Source: a virus (lineage: Duplodnaviria; Caudoviricetes). Taken from it: a stretch of DNA of 64,000 bases. Of this stretch, positions 19,644 through 30,277 are shown in pieces. The notes under the pieces were generated by a model. That model was not told the DNA's origin. It saw nothing but the letters and a program-made list of their open reading frames with translations, and made no database searches. The stretch lies in IMG/VR virus record IMGVR_UViG_3300011008_000028. The stretch is one strand, 5' to 3'. The position numbers were made by a program, and so were the translations under genes. Positions within the stretch are counted from its first letter, which is position 1; each line of letters opens with the position of its first letter.

Positions 19644-20966
19644 TCATTCAAGCCCATTAAGCTCTTTGACAAGATTATTGATATATTCAGTAGATACCGA
19701 AATTAGCAATCTGTATGTCCTGTGGGTATTTGGTCTGGTAATATGGAGCTCATATTTATACCAATCAATGTAGAACATTTCCTCATTCAAGATCTGCCCA
19801 TTCTCTCGGAATTGGATAGATATGAATCTATCCATTGGAATTCCCATCTTCAAATGGTAATCGATCACCGATTTAATACTGAGATTCAGTATCGGTTCCA
19901 ATGAGATTGAAGATTCATTTTCTCCCAGTTTGAATATTGGCCATCCCAATATCTGCCATCCGATTGGCAACTGGAAATCATCCAAATTAATTACATCGGA
20001 GAAGATCGGAACTACCACATCTGAATCAGGAGCCTGAATGTTTACAGGACGTTTGATATCAGGTGAATTCAATGTGAAGTAACCAATAGTATTGAAGTCA
20101 CACCTTACAGTGAATGAGATATCAAAATTTCTTCGGATCTGTCCATCCTTCACGCCCTGACCTTGATTCACATCCTGGAATGTGAGATCGATATCTGTCA
20201 AATAGTACATGAAGAACTCGTTGGTGTTCGATCCACCCTTCAACTTGTATGTGATGGGGTTATACATCATCGTATTCATCAATGACAGGAATTGCTGTAC
20301 AGATCCATTCTCATCTGTAATAGGTACACCTGCATAGTGGGATATCAACGAGCAGAATTGCCCTGGAATGTACAATTCTAACGGCGCGCGTACGGATTGT
20401 GGGTGTCCAATCGGAAGCACATTGTACAAGTACGACATCATATTCACCTGTTCGGAATATGTATTGAATGACATTACAATGTCAACGAACATCACAGCAC
20501 GGTTGTAGTGACCATGAATATACATATTCTTTTCCCGATGGTGCCCGAGTTCCAATAGGGATCCATCTCCCCACATTGAGTGCAGATTCGTGACACGTTC
20601 ATTGATCAATGTATGTCCCAGGAAGCGGTTGTCATCTTGACCGAATGATGGTCTTGGAACCAGAACCATGATCGGCATTTCCTTTTTGATGAGCTTGTTA
20701 GGCAGTCGTTGCAATTGCCGGGAAGAGATGGTTGTCGATGCTGTTACAGTCTTGAATCTGTCTTTTGGGAATTGATCTAAAATGAACTTCTCAACGATCC
20801 CCAACACATTTCCGTATGTATGGGAAGCAGACGAATTACATATTGCAGATGTCTGCCGAATATGTTCCCCGTACTCTGCTCCGACATTCTTCTCGTATTT
20901 CCTACCGGGGATATTTACATCCGGATTTGCCACGGAAGGATTCGCATTATAATCTCTAGGTAACAA
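19644..20966 (-). CDS. Putative virion structural protein
   Basis: 440-aa beta-rich ORF in the structural block. Confidence 0.55.
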   Translation of the reverse strand: MLPRDYNANPSVANPDVNIPGRKYEKNVGAEYGEHIRQTSAICNSSASHTYGNVLGIVEKFILDQFPKDRFKTVTASTTISSRQLQRLPNKLIKKEMPIMVLVPRPSFGQDDNRFLGHTLINERVTNLHSMWGDGSLLELGHHREKNMYIHGHYNRAVMFVDIVMSFNTYSEQVNMMSYLYNVLPIGHPQSVRAPLELYIPGQFCSLISHYAGVPITDENGSVQQFLSLMNTMMYNPITYKLKGGSNTNEFFMYYLTDIDLTFQDVNQGQGVKDGQIRRNFDISFTVRCDFNTIGYFTLNSPDIKRPVNIQAPDSDVVVPIFSDVINLDDFQLPIGWQILGWPIFKLGENESSISLEPILNLSIKSVIDYHLKMGIPMDRFISIQFRENGQILNEEMFYIDWYKYELHITRPNTHRTYRLLISVSTEYINNLVKELNGLE

Positions 20967-20972
20967 TCTAAA

Positions 20973-21365
20973 TCACCTCTTATCTTCTCGACGGAAAAAT
21001 ACCCGAATCAAATCTGCCAGTTCCTGGGGTTTATAGATTTTGATGATCGGTTTACAGAATTCCGGGATCGTTTTCATATTATTGCATCTCAACAGTGCTA
21101 ACCACAGTTCTGTTGTCCCGTACAGGATATCTGATACGGACTTTGGCTTGTAATAGTAATGCTGATCCAGCTGTACATATTTTTCGATTGATTGAAGTTC
21201 GTTGTGATGTTTCAGAAAGAAATCATCAAATGGTGTACGGTATATATGGGTAGGATTATTTGCATCCATGATCAACTGGGTATCATATAAGTTGTGTAGG
21301 GAAACGGTTGCCTTATTTCCTTCGCTGATGAATGTATCCAAATACATGATTGCGTTTTCTGTCAT
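20973..21365 (-). CDS. Baseplate wedge-like (T4 gp53/LysM-like) protein
   Basis: YYYKPKSVSDILYGTTELWLALLRCN motif. Confidence 0.6.
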   Translation of the reverse strand: MTENAIMYLDTFISEGNKATVSLHNLYDTQLIMDANNPTHIYRTPFDDFFLKHHNELQSIEKYVQLDQHYYYKPKSVSDILYGTTELWLALLRCNNMKTIPEFCKPIIKIYKPQELADLIRVFFRREDKR

Positions 21366-21802
21366 GCCATTTCACCTCCACCCGGCCATGTTGTAAGATC
21401 CATACCGCCACGGTTTGCACCATGAATGACGGATTCAGTGCCAAACATTCTGTAACGTTCTGTCGGGATACCATTTCTACAGAGTAACAGGAATTCTCTT
21501 CCTTTCTTAGTATACTCGCCAGGGTTGTACCAGTGCAATGGGGCTTGACCAACATAACGTGTCGTCAGAAAATTCTGAGTTGGAATCTGTGTTGCTACGG
21601 AAAGTTTCGTTTCCTTGGCATTTAAAAAGATTGATTTATCTATACTCTGTGGAGTGGACATTGCTTCTCCAAATGGGATCAATGGCATCAATGCAACAGA
21701 GTGTATTTTATATACTCCGATATCTGTAAAACGGTAGTCTTTAGACGATCGACATGTTGATTCTTCAACAACACGTTCTACGGCAAATGTTCCAGTTAAC
21801 AT
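21362..21802 (-). CDS. Hypothetical (baseplate-associated?) protein
   Basis: AAGGAG RBS; stop/start overlap with the next gene. Confidence 0.6.
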   Translation of the reverse strand: MLTGTFAVERVVEESTCRSSKDYRFTDIGVYKIHSVALMPLIPFGEAMSTPQSIDKSIFLNAKETKLSVATQIPTQNFLTTRYVGQAPLHWYNPGEYTKKGREFLLLCRNGIPTERYRMFGTESVIHGANRGGMDLTTWPGGGEMA

Positions 21803-21855
21803 TTCAAATACTCCTTTCTAATGGATTATCTGAGTCTGTTCCATAAGAACGAAAT

Positions 21856-21893
21856 TATCAACACCCGGGATCGATCGATCCCGGGTGTTGATA
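21856..21893. terminator. Perfect 38-bp palindrome
   Basis: TATCAACACCCGGGATCGA|TCGATCCCGGGTGTTGATA. Confidence 0.75.
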
Positions 21894-21947
21894 CAATGTT
21901 ATTTCTTTTCATCTTCGGAATTCTTTTCAGGTTGCCCTGAAACTTTC

Positions 21948-23003
21948 TCATTTTTTTAATTGATTTATTTGAGAAAGTGATCCGTTAATAGCATTCACAG
22001 ACGATGTGTATATCTGTATACCTTGCTGCTCTAGCTTAACCACGTTGGCTAAAGCTTTAGCGAGGATACTATATACTTCATTTAACAATGAATATTTAGT
22101 AGCTATCTCATTAGGTACCGATTTTCCATCATTATTGATCTTTTTCATCTTCTCTGAAAGATTAGTTAACTTGTCGTTCAGGCGTGAAAGCTGATCTTCA
22201 AAGCTCTTGATTTCTGTAAAACTTGGGCCGGTATATGTCTTGAATGAATATACAGGGTTGCTCAATTTTTTCCGTAACTCTGTAAGGGAATATTCTCCAT
22301 CGATTACTCCAGATGCTATAATAAACGCTTCGTCCATACCAAAAAGATTGGAAGGACAATACTGATCCTGAACAGGGAGTTTTATAACGCCGCTGTCTAT
22401 TATATGTACGAGCCTCTTTAAGAATTTGCGATTTATCTGGTCTTGGTGTTCATCCGAAACCTTTTGATCGATTGATTTAGCTTTATCAATTTCTTCTTCC
22501 ATCGACTTGACGGATTTTCTCCCTATAGCCTCTATTGAAACTCCGATGACACCGGTAAGCAGGGCGAGTACTCCAACCTTTTTGAGACCACTGATTATAT
22601 TTGAAGCATTCTCTGCAGGAATTTTTCCATTAGTTATGTCTTCAACACTTACGGCTAGTTTACCGAATTTTGCTTCTTTACGCTTCCTTAAAAATCCGGT
22701 AAACTTTTTAAGAAGCCCCTTGATCATCTCTATGATTCTGGATATTAATCCTTCCTTCTTCTTACCGAAAGCTTCGGTGATAGCCGCAAAATCAGTATCA
22801 GCAGCAGCCTCAGCGAAGTATGTTGCCGACACAGTCATACCTGCAGCTTCAAGCATGGGAACATCTTCCTTCAAGAACTCCTGATTGCGGATATACATTC
22901 CCATGAGATCCAGTTCATAACCTTCCTTCATGAGTTCATAGTATTCCTTACTATACTCATACAGTTCACATTCCGTTATGAACTCTCTAAATGTAGTAGC
23001 CAT
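21948..23003 (-). CDS. Internal-head-protein-like paralogue A
   Basis: N-terminus MATTFREFITECELYEYSKEYYELMKE; YFAE-A and ITE-A sites followed by an amphipathic helix. Confidence 0.7.
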   Translation of the reverse strand: MATTFREFITECELYEYSKEYYELMKEGYELDLMGMYIRNQEFLKEDVPMLEAAGMTVSATYFAEAAADTDFAAITEAFGKKKEGLISRIIEMIKGLLKKFTGFLRKRKEAKFGKLAVSVEDITNGKIPAENASNIISGLKKVGVLALLTGVIGVSIEAIGRKSVKSMEEEIDKAKSIDQKVSDEHQDQINRKFLKRLVHIIDSGVIKLPVQDQYCPSNLFGMDEAFIIASGVIDGEYSLTELRKKLSNPVYSFKTYTGPSFTEIKSFEDQLSRLNDKLTNLSEKMKKINNDGKSVPNEIATKYSLLNEVYSILAKALANVVKLEQQGIQIYTSSVNAINGSLSQINQLKK

Positions 23004-23005
23004 AT
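22923..23005 (-). repeat. 83-bp perfect direct repeat, copy 1
   Basis: Identical to 24369..24451. Confidence 0.95.
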
Positions 23006-23027
23006 ATCATCAATTCCTTTCCTGTGA

Positions 23028-24449
23028 TTATTTACGTTTGATATCATCCGGATTCTCTCCAGCATCGATCTTGGCTTGAGCTGCAGCTCGATCCGACTTG
23101 GCTTTATCAGCAGCCTTCTGTGCAGCAGATGTAGCCTCTTTAGCTTTGTTTTTCACAGAATCGGCTACACCCTTCTGCATATCGGCTCCAGCCTTCCTAG
23201 CCTGAGCATCATCGACAGCTTTCTGAGCCTTTTTCTTAGCACTACTGCCGGCATTAGGATTTGCTTTGACAGACTTAAGATTATTTTCAGCTTTCTTAAG
23301 ATCTTTATCAGCATCTCTGGCTGCTTTACCCTTTTCATCTGCCGCAGCAATCGCTTCATTCTCAGCTTTCTGTGCTTCTTCAACTGCTGCAACAGCAGCT
23401 TCAACAGCTTGATCATACTCGGCCATTACACCCATCAGAGCAGCGATCATTTGATTTGCAATCTTGATAGCCTGTGTAGCAGCTTCAAGCTGCTTACGGT
23501 CAGTTTCATTGGTTGCACTCCAAACATCGTTCGCCTTAACTTCAAGATCTGTTTTGATCTGCTGAAGATGATTTCTGTATGTTGTAAGTTCACTTATGAT
23601 TTGATCTTTCTGCTCAGAATCAAGATCATCTATAAATGTCTTATTGGCCTTCCAGCCACTAGTGGCTGTAGTGATATAATTTATGGCTTCAAGATAATGC
23701 ATCTTATTCTCATTATCTTTCATACCTGTAATCATACCAAAGAATCCTTTGATGACAGAGAATCCTTTTGACGCAGCCGGAGGAAGAAGTGGCACTACCA
23801 TATCACCTGCGGATGTAACTATCTGCTTGATCGGAGCACCTTTATCTTGCAGAATAGAAGAAAGCTCATTGACTATATTACCGGTCTTTTCTTCGATTGT
23901 ATCACCTTCAGTAGAATCAATCTTTTTATCGATTGCTTTTTTTGCAGCGATACCGCCTGCAGTAGCTAAACCTGCCCCGCCTGCTCCTAAAATTATGTAC
24001 TTGAGAGTCTTCGGTCCATGTTCATCCCACCAGTCTTCCATAGCAACGATCTGCCTCTTGGTAAAGAGCTTCTTCTTGAGACGATCCCATTTACTTCCTC
24101 TGATTGCTTTGGAAATATTCTTCTTAGCTCTCTTAAGGAACTTGATGAGAATGTCAATGAGCTTAGTGATCCCATCCCATATCTTACTAAAGAACCCCTT
24201 GATACCCTTGGAAGCCTTTTCCTCAAGTACCTGTATACCAGAATCCTCTATAGATTCTGCAAAGAACCCATCTCGAACGGATAACTTTGTAGCCTCCATG
24301 TACGGGATATACTGAGAAGTGAACTGATGGTTTTCTACGAACTTAGAGATCAGAGATATCTCAGTACATTCCTTCATGAGTTCATAGTATTCCTTACTAT
24401 ACTCATACAGTTCACATTCCGTTATGAACTCTCTAAATGTAGTAGCCAT
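23028..24449 (-). CDS. Internal-head-protein-like paralogue B (true start 24449)
   Basis: Same first 27 aa as paralogue A; GAAGGTG RBS; A/K-rich coiled C-terminus. Confidence 0.7.
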   Translation of the reverse strand: MATTFREFITECELYEYSKEYYELMKECTEISLISKFVENHQFTSQYIPYMEATKLSVRDGFFAESIEDSGIQVLEEKASKGIKGFFSKIWDGITKLIDILIKFLKRAKKNISKAIRGSKWDRLKKKLFTKRQIVAMEDWWDEHGPKTLKYIILGAGGAGLATAGGIAAKKAIDKKIDSTEGDTIEEKTGNIVNELSSILQDKGAPIKQIVTSAGDMVVPLLPPAASKGFSVIKGFFGMITGMKDNENKMHYLEAINYITTATSGWKANKTFIDDLDSEQKDQIISELTTYRNHLQQIKTDLEVKANDVWSATNETDRKQLEAATQAIKIANQMIAALMGVMAEYDQAVEAAVAAVEEAQKAENEAIAAADEKGKAARDADKDLKKAENNLKSVKANPNAGSSAKKKAQKAVDDAQARKAGADMQKGVADSVKNKAKEATSAAQKAADKAKSDRAAAQAKIDAGENPDDIKRK

Positions 24450-24451
24450 AT
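24369..24451 (-). repeat. 83-bp perfect direct repeat, copy 2
   Basis: Identical to 22923..23005. Confidence 0.95.
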
Positions 24452-25521
24452 TATTCACCTTCCTTCTGTTTCGGCGTGATCTTGGCGTGTTCATTCACGA
24501 ATGATGTTAATGCCGTAATCATTGCCTTCCTATACGTTGTATAAAGATCATACATATGAATTGTATTTGTTACACAGAGTTTGATATACTGAATATTATC
24601 AGAAATCTGCTGGAATTCGGCACCAGACGGATTCTCAAACTCCTTAGCATTGATAGCTTCTACTTTAGGCTGAAGTTCTTTGATCTTGGCTCCATTACTC
24701 TTCAGAGTTTCGGAATCAACCTTAACAGTTATCTTCTTAGACTTGGCAATGGAAGATGTTTCGAGATGACTTCTTACCGCAGCAATCTGGGATGTTGATT
24801 TTGCCGTTATGAAATCCTCTATTGCAGGGATAAGACGTTCCTGAGATACAGCATCCGGAATATCTTTACCTCTAAGCGCTGAAAGCCAATCCTTCGTCAG
24901 AACGACTTCAGTGTTGCTCATTACCAACGAAAGAAGCCATAGTACAGTCTTGAGTTTCTCATCTTTCTGAACATCTGTATCGAATTTCAGATTCAGAGAA
25001 CTTTCAAAGGGCTGAGATGACGTAATGATAGACTTATAGTCGACATCTTTACCATTCTTAAGAATAGTATACAGCTTATCGACATCTGCTTGATTAAATG
25101 TAGCTTGCTGAAGCCGCCCGATCAGACTGGACGATGCTGCGTTTACATTTGCTGCAACTTCATCAAACTTATTTAAGAAGCCGAGGATATTCCTGCAGAT
25201 TACTTTAATTATCTCAAGAATTTTGCCCAGCAGCTTCGGCTGCTGGTCATTATATGCCTGCATAGCCTTCTTGCCCATGGTTGTATTCAGAGCTCCATTT
25301 GCCAGATTCGCCGCACCTTGAGCAACATCATCAGCCAATGCCTCTATGAAATAAGACTCTGTAAGAGTAACACCAGCTTCCTGGAGTTCTGCTGCTTTCT
25401 TGCAGTTCTCAATATATTTCTCAGTAAGAATGAAACTCATGATATCTCTTTGAAGATCATAATTCTGCTGAGAATACTCAAAGAATTCTGCTTCAACGAG
25501 GAAGTCACGTATACTAGCCAT
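24451..25521 (-). CDS. Internal-head-protein-like paralogue C
   Basis: Diverged N-terminus MASIRDFLVEAEFFEYSQQNYDL; SYFIE-A. Confidence 0.65.
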   Translation of the reverse strand: MASIRDFLVEAEFFEYSQQNYDLQRDIMSFILTEKYIENCKKAAELQEAGVTLTESYFIEALADDVAQGAANLANGALNTTMGKKAMQAYNDQQPKLLGKILEIIKVICRNILGFLNKFDEVAANVNAASSSLIGRLQQATFNQADVDKLYTILKNGKDVDYKSIITSSQPFESSLNLKFDTDVQKDEKLKTVLWLLSLVMSNTEVVLTKDWLSALRGKDIPDAVSQERLIPAIEDFITAKSTSQIAAVRSHLETSSIAKSKKITVKVDSETLKSNGAKIKELQPKVEAINAKEFENPSGAEFQQISDNIQYIKLCVTNTIHMYDLYTTYRKAMITALTSFVNEHAKITPKQKEGE

Positions 25522-25533
25522 GTCCTTCCCTCC

Positions 25534-26238
25534 TTAATGCTGTGTCTGGGGAAGCAGGTCATTTGCTGCCTGTCTCGCCACAGACGAATTGTTTGTATTT
25601 GCGACCATCAGAAGATACTTCTGTGCAAGCATTTTTGCATCATTGTATTCTTCAGACTGGATTGCAAGCTTTGCCTTGTTACGTATCATTGCAGCCTTGG
25701 AGAACATCTGCCACTGAGGAGTGTTCTTCTTCTGTGCAAGGAGAAGTGCACATGTTGCTACCAACTGTGCATAACGTGTCTCATCATCAAATGCAATTAC
25801 ATTCTTTTCGGTCATTACATTTGCTTCCGTGAGTTCCTTGGTCTTATGATCTGCAATGTCCTGTTCAATCCCCTGACTTATCAGGATTGGCGTGAACATG
25901 TTATTGAGCTTATCCAGCAAGGACGAATCATCCAGAGGATTTGGAGAGTCATCTTCGATGGGCTCATCGAGTACATTAGAATCTTCTTCCGCAGGGTTGT
26001 CGAAAGTCTCTTCGATTTCACTCATTGCTTCAAGCATCTTCGTGAAGGTCATAAGAGGACTTTTCATCACACCACCATCGGTCGTTTTACCGTCCGTCGG
26101 TACACCCTTCGGCTGATCCTTAACTTCAGTAGTATCCGAATCAGCAGAGTCTATCTGCTCATCCAGCAGAGATTTGAAATGATTATTCATCTTTTCATCA
26201 CCTGCTGGATTGTGACCCAGCTCGGCTGTTTGTGCCAT
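25534..26238 (-). CDS. Putative head/virion protein
   Basis: Acidic N-terminus with LTE-A / MTE-K sites; follows the portal gene. Confidence 0.6.
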   Translation of the reverse strand: MAQTAELGHNPAGDEKMNNHFKSLLDEQIDSADSDTTEVKDQPKGVPTDGKTTDGGVMKSPLMTFTKMLEAMSEIEETFDNPAEEDSNVLDEPIEDDSPNPLDDSSLLDKLNNMFTPILISQGIEQDIADHKTKELTEANVMTEKNVIAFDDETRYAQLVATCALLLAQKKNTPQWQMFSKAAMIRNKAKLAIQSEEYNDAKMLAQKYLLMVANTNNSSVARQAANDLLPQTQH

Positions 26239-26274
26239 AGGTTATTCCTCCTTTATTATGGTATTTCACTGAGG

Positions 26275-28581
26275 TTATTCCTCTGTTTCTTGGACGGATT
26301 TGATATCCTCATTTGAGATCTTAGCCTCATCAACCTTCTGCTGAAGTTTCTCCTCAGGAGTCTTTGCATCGATGTCCTCAAAGATTTGATCAAGTTTAGC
26401 AAAGTCAAGCTGTGGCAGATTTATCTCTGCAAGCTTCCGTCTAAGAAGAACTCTCTTTATTGTTGCATTGCCATCTTTATCTTCCAGATCACTCTTCTTG
26501 AAGTTGGTACTTTCAATGAGCTCTACTGTGGTATTGAAGTTAGTAATCATATCATTATTGATTACCAGCTCAGGCTGCTTAATCTGATTGAATTGGAATC
26601 GGAACGATCTCACGATTTCATCCGGTATATCCGTCTCATATTTAATAAGTCTCTGATACAGCTGGGTGATACCATCATTCATATCGATCTTATATGAAGA
26701 TACGGTTGATAGGTATCGGCTGTTTGCAATCTCCATTGTCTTTGCGAAGTCAACTTCATCAATTGCATTGATGATCATCAGGCTTGGGTTACCTGTACCA
26801 GACAGAGCCTGTCTGCGATGAATGTCCAGGAAGTCATTATCAAATGGACGTTCAACCGCCGGAACGGTCTCGATATCGAACGGTTTGAAATCGCCACGTC
26901 CCGAAGGAAGTACTACTTCACCCATACCACCTATCTTATTCAATACTCCGGAGTATGAATAGATATCATCAATGGTAATTCTTCTGGACTGCAGCTTGCG
27001 CATCAACCTCTGTATTGAAGGAGCATAGTCCTTATTCAAACCAGATGACCTCATCTGATAGTAACGGATGGTGTTGTTATTCAGAGTATACATCAGGTTG
27101 TACATTACCAGCATCAGATATGTTCTGGCGGGGAATAGAGACGGCTCCAATACGGAATGTCCTCTACCGTTCTCATCTTCGTTAATTACCAGACGAACAA
27201 CTTCAGATTCAGGAATATATATGAAGGAGAGTTTTCCTTCGGAGAACTTGTGAGCCATTATGATATCGGCTATCTCATTCTTGAGCTTGATATTCTTCTC
27301 CAGAACCTTCTTGTCGAAAGATCTGATAATGATGTTCGCCAGTGTCTCGACCATGTTCCGATCACGGGTATATGTCTGGTATGACAGATCAACAATGCCA
27401 TTCGGATTCGCCGGGTTAGTCTGAAGATCCATCGTGGTACTAATATAATAGTATCCGATAATTCTTCGATCGATTCTGATTGGAACCATCCTCAATCCAT
27501 CCAGATACCGGATGTAACAGCCTTTGATCTGGGAATATGCAGAAAAGTCAATCGCGTCCTGATCAACATTATCGAAGATAGAATTTCCACTGTTGTGGAA
27601 TGATTGATTCATTGCTTCATTGAAATGTTGATCCTGTGATGTTGGACAGTGTCTCTTATACTCTTTATATTCGGATATCAATGTCTCTTTCAATCCATCA
27701 TATCCATATTCTGAATATAATAGAGATGAGCCATTACATACTTCAATATTCTCCAGCAGACTGGACAGTTCCCCGCTTACAACAGTTGAAGTCTTCAGTG
27801 TTGCTTTGCCCGTTTCAACTTTCGCATCAAGAGTTGCTTCCCGAGCACTTGCAGCCGTAACAGCTTCGGTCAGAACCTTAATGTTCTCTTCAGAGTTGAG
27901 GTTCTTGATAGGTCTGAATCCCTGAGCAATACCACTGGGGACCGACTCTTTGAAATGTTTCCGAGCATTTGTAATCTCATGGGAATCATGTAATGCTTCC
28001 AATTCAGCGAAGAGCTTGGCGAACGGTACCACATGGGCATACATTTCACCATGCATCAACGTCTTCATTACAAGAGTATTCTTGATTGCAATGAGAAGTC
28101 GATGTCTCTTTTCAATCTCATTTACTTGGTCAAGAAGAGTGTCATCATCAGAATGATTTTCGAATGTTAACGAACGGGATACCTCACCTGTTGCGACATT
28201 GCATTCAATGATGTTATCGCGCATCATTTTAATGGCGTCCTGCATCTCAGGCATCTGGGTGCAAATGTTGTATATATCACGCCTCAGAAGAAGTTCATTC
28301 TGATTCAAAACATCTGCTGAAATGTAATCACCCTTGATCCCATCAAGAATGGATTTCATCACGTCTTCATCATTCTGCCCTGTATTATATTCACCCATTC
28401 GTTTGATGAACCCGTCATCATCAAATGCGTTAGAGTTATATGATTTTAAAGCGTCAGACAATGTCTGATTGAACATGGAGGCAATATGGTCCAGATCCTT
28501 TTCGGGGACGGCACCTGTCGTTCGGCCGATATCATCCTCCAATTCCCGAATTATATCATCCCTTGTCGGCATTTGAATCAT
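26275..28581 (-). CDS. Portal protein (jumbo-phage type)
   Basis: 768 aa; TLMHGEMYAHVVP, RIIGYYY, GRGHSVLEPSLFPAR and DFAK patterns; located in the head block. Confidence 0.65.
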   Translation of the reverse strand: MIQMPTRDDIIRELEDDIGRTTGAVPEKDLDHIASMFNQTLSDALKSYNSNAFDDDGFIKRMGEYNTGQNDEDVMKSILDGIKGDYISADVLNQNELLLRRDIYNICTQMPEMQDAIKMMRDNIIECNVATGEVSRSLTFENHSDDDTLLDQVNEIEKRHRLLIAIKNTLVMKTLMHGEMYAHVVPFAKLFAELEALHDSHEITNARKHFKESVPSGIAQGFRPIKNLNSEENIKVLTEAVTAASAREATLDAKVETGKATLKTSTVVSGELSSLLENIEVCNGSSLLYSEYGYDGLKETLISEYKEYKRHCPTSQDQHFNEAMNQSFHNSGNSIFDNVDQDAIDFSAYSQIKGCYIRYLDGLRMVPIRIDRRIIGYYYISTTMDLQTNPANPNGIVDLSYQTYTRDRNMVETLANIIIRSFDKKVLEKNIKLKNEIADIIMAHKFSEGKLSFIYIPESEVVRLVINEDENGRGHSVLEPSLFPARTYLMLVMYNLMYTLNNNTIRYYQMRSSGLNKDYAPSIQRLMRKLQSRRITIDDIYSYSGVLNKIGGMGEVVLPSGRGDFKPFDIETVPAVERPFDNDFLDIHRRQALSGTGNPSLMIINAIDEVDFAKTMEIANSRYLSTVSSYKIDMNDGITQLYQRLIKYETDIPDEIVRSFRFQFNQIKQPELVINNDMITNFNTTVELIESTNFKKSDLEDKDGNATIKRVLLRRKLAEINLPQLDFAKLDQIFEDIDAKTPEEKLQQKVDEAKISNEDIKSVQETEE

Positions 28582-28631
28582 CTCCTTTTAATTACGAATT
28601 TACATTCCGGTGCGGTAAGAATGCATGTTTA

Positions 28632-28666
28632 AATCAAGAAGGGACTGTAAAAGTCCCTTCTTGATT
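28632..28666. terminator. 15-bp hairpin
   Basis: AATCAAGAAGGGACT-GTAAA-AGTCCCTTCTTGATT. Confidence 0.75.
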
Positions 28667-28672
28667 GTCATG

Positions 28673-29929
28673 TTATTTAGATGAATCAATGACCAGGGTT
28701 TTCGTATCCTCGAGTGCCTTAGAGAGATTGGCAAGCTTCTTCAGAATTGCTTCCTTAGATGATGCCGCGTTTGTTTCGCCATCGGATGCATTCATTTCTC
28801 CAAGCTTGTCCTTAACAGCTGCTGTCACGACATTGTCCGTCTGAGCAGTATCTGCAGCAGGTTCCTCAGCAGGAGTATCAGTTGAATCAGTATCAGCTGC
28901 TGCATCTCCGCCATCGTCGCCTATGGATATTGCCTCGACGAACTTGTCAAGAATTCCAGCAGATTCAAGCTTTGCTTTGAACCCAGGGAGCATTGCGTTC
29001 TTGATCTGATCAGGTGTCATACCGTTGACATCACCAATCTTGTCAAAGATAACCTTGGGCTTTTCCTCTTTATTCTCCGTCTTCGGAGTTGTCTTAGTTT
29101 CAGTTTCTTCTGTTTTAGATTCAGGGTCCTTGGATTCCTCCTTGGGTTCTTCTTCCTTAGACTCTTCAGTTGGAGCAGCGGGTGCAGGATCGCCACACTC
29201 TTCCTTGGTTTCTTCCTCTGCAGATTCCTTCTTCTCGGGTTCATCGTCTATCTCTTCATCAAGAAGATCTTTGGCCTCTTTGAACTCATCCGTCTTCTCC
29301 GTAGGAGTAGCAGCTTCTCTCTTCTTTTCTTCACCCTTTTCTTCCTTCTTGGCTACACCATTGGGATCAGGGATTTCAACTTCCTCATCAATAGGAAGGT
29401 CAAGAAGATCTGTCGCTTCATCCTCAGGGACAGGATCTCTGGAGTCTTCGGGTTCCGCAACATCTGCTGTACCGAAGCCAGAATCAACCTTCTGAGCATC
29501 TCCTTCAGGGACGACATCTGCAGCACCTGCAGGTGGTGTAGGAAGAATGTCCTTGGGAGTATTCGACTGAAGATCAATGTCCATAGAGAGGAGATCCGAG
29601 TCTCCAAGCTGAGCAGGTTCTCCTGTCTGTGCTCCTATGGGCTCAGGAAGAGTCTCTCCTCCTTCAGGATTTTCAGCCGGTGCAGGTTTGCCTTCAGCAG
29701 GGGGTTCAGCACCATCTTCAGGAGTATCCTCCTTAGGTTCCTCTGTGGAAGCATCCCCTTCCTTAGACTCTTCTTCATTGCCTTCTTCCTTCTCAGGGAG
29801 CTCCAGTTCATCAGGGCCTTCACTGATAAGAATTAGCGAATCGTCAAGCTCTGTATCTTCAAGAAGAAGATCAGCTGCTTCATTGAATGTTTTCTTTTCC
29901 TTAATCAAGGATTTAATGGTATCAAGCAT
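28673..29929 (-). CDS. Highly acidic low-complexity protein (prohead core/scaffold-like)
   Basis: E/D/P-rich; FNE-A, FKE-A and FVE-A sites; next to the portal gene. Confidence 0.55.
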   Translation of the reverse strand: MLDTIKSLIKEKKTFNEAADLLLEDTELDDSLILISEGPDELELPEKEEGNEEESKEGDASTEEPKEDTPEDGAEPPAEGKPAPAENPEGGETLPEPIGAQTGEPAQLGDSDLLSMDIDLQSNTPKDILPTPPAGAADVVPEGDAQKVDSGFGTADVAEPEDSRDPVPEDEATDLLDLPIDEEVEIPDPNGVAKKEEKGEEKKREAATPTEKTDEFKEAKDLLDEEIDDEPEKKESAEEETKEECGDPAPAAPTEESKEEEPKEESKDPESKTEETETKTTPKTENKEEKPKVIFDKIGDVNGMTPDQIKNAMLPGFKAKLESAGILDKFVEAISIGDDGGDAAADTDSTDTPAEEPAADTAQTDNVVTAAVKDKLGEMNASDGETNAASSKEAILKKLANLSKALEDTKTLVIDSSK

Positions 29930-30064
29930 GATTTATTTCTCCTTTGCTATAAATTTTTAAAATCAATGACTCATCGATATGAGGATTATTAAACAGTCAC
30001 CCTTTATATATAAATAGTATTTAGTACGCGTTGAAGTACCCAATCATAAATTCCTAGAAAGGGT

Positions 30065-30262
30065 GTGAAATATATGGATGGAGTAATGACAATATTGACA
30101 AAATCTATCATACGTAAACGTCAACAACCAGAGAAGACCGAAAAGAACCGGAACAAAGTGACCGTACGGTCACGAACAGGCTTAGTATTAGCCATGCAAG
30201 GAGACAGAATATCAGATGAAATCGCTCGGGTTCTATTATCAGATAACCCAAATGAAAAGTGA
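30065..30262 (+). CDS. Small hypothetical protein
   Basis: Short ORF upstream of the endolysin. Confidence 0.45.
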   Translation: MKYMDGVMTILTKSIIRKRQQPEKTEKNRNKVTVRSRTGLVLAMQGDRISDEIARVLLSDNPNEK

Positions 30263-30277
30263 AAGGAGATATTTGTT

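Noticed and set aside
25318-26316. Long antisense ORFs (for example 25318..26316 +, 23076..23771 +, 49106..49792 +, 61539..62231 +)
   Set aside because: Shadow frames of real minus-strand genes, with no RBS and implausible composition.
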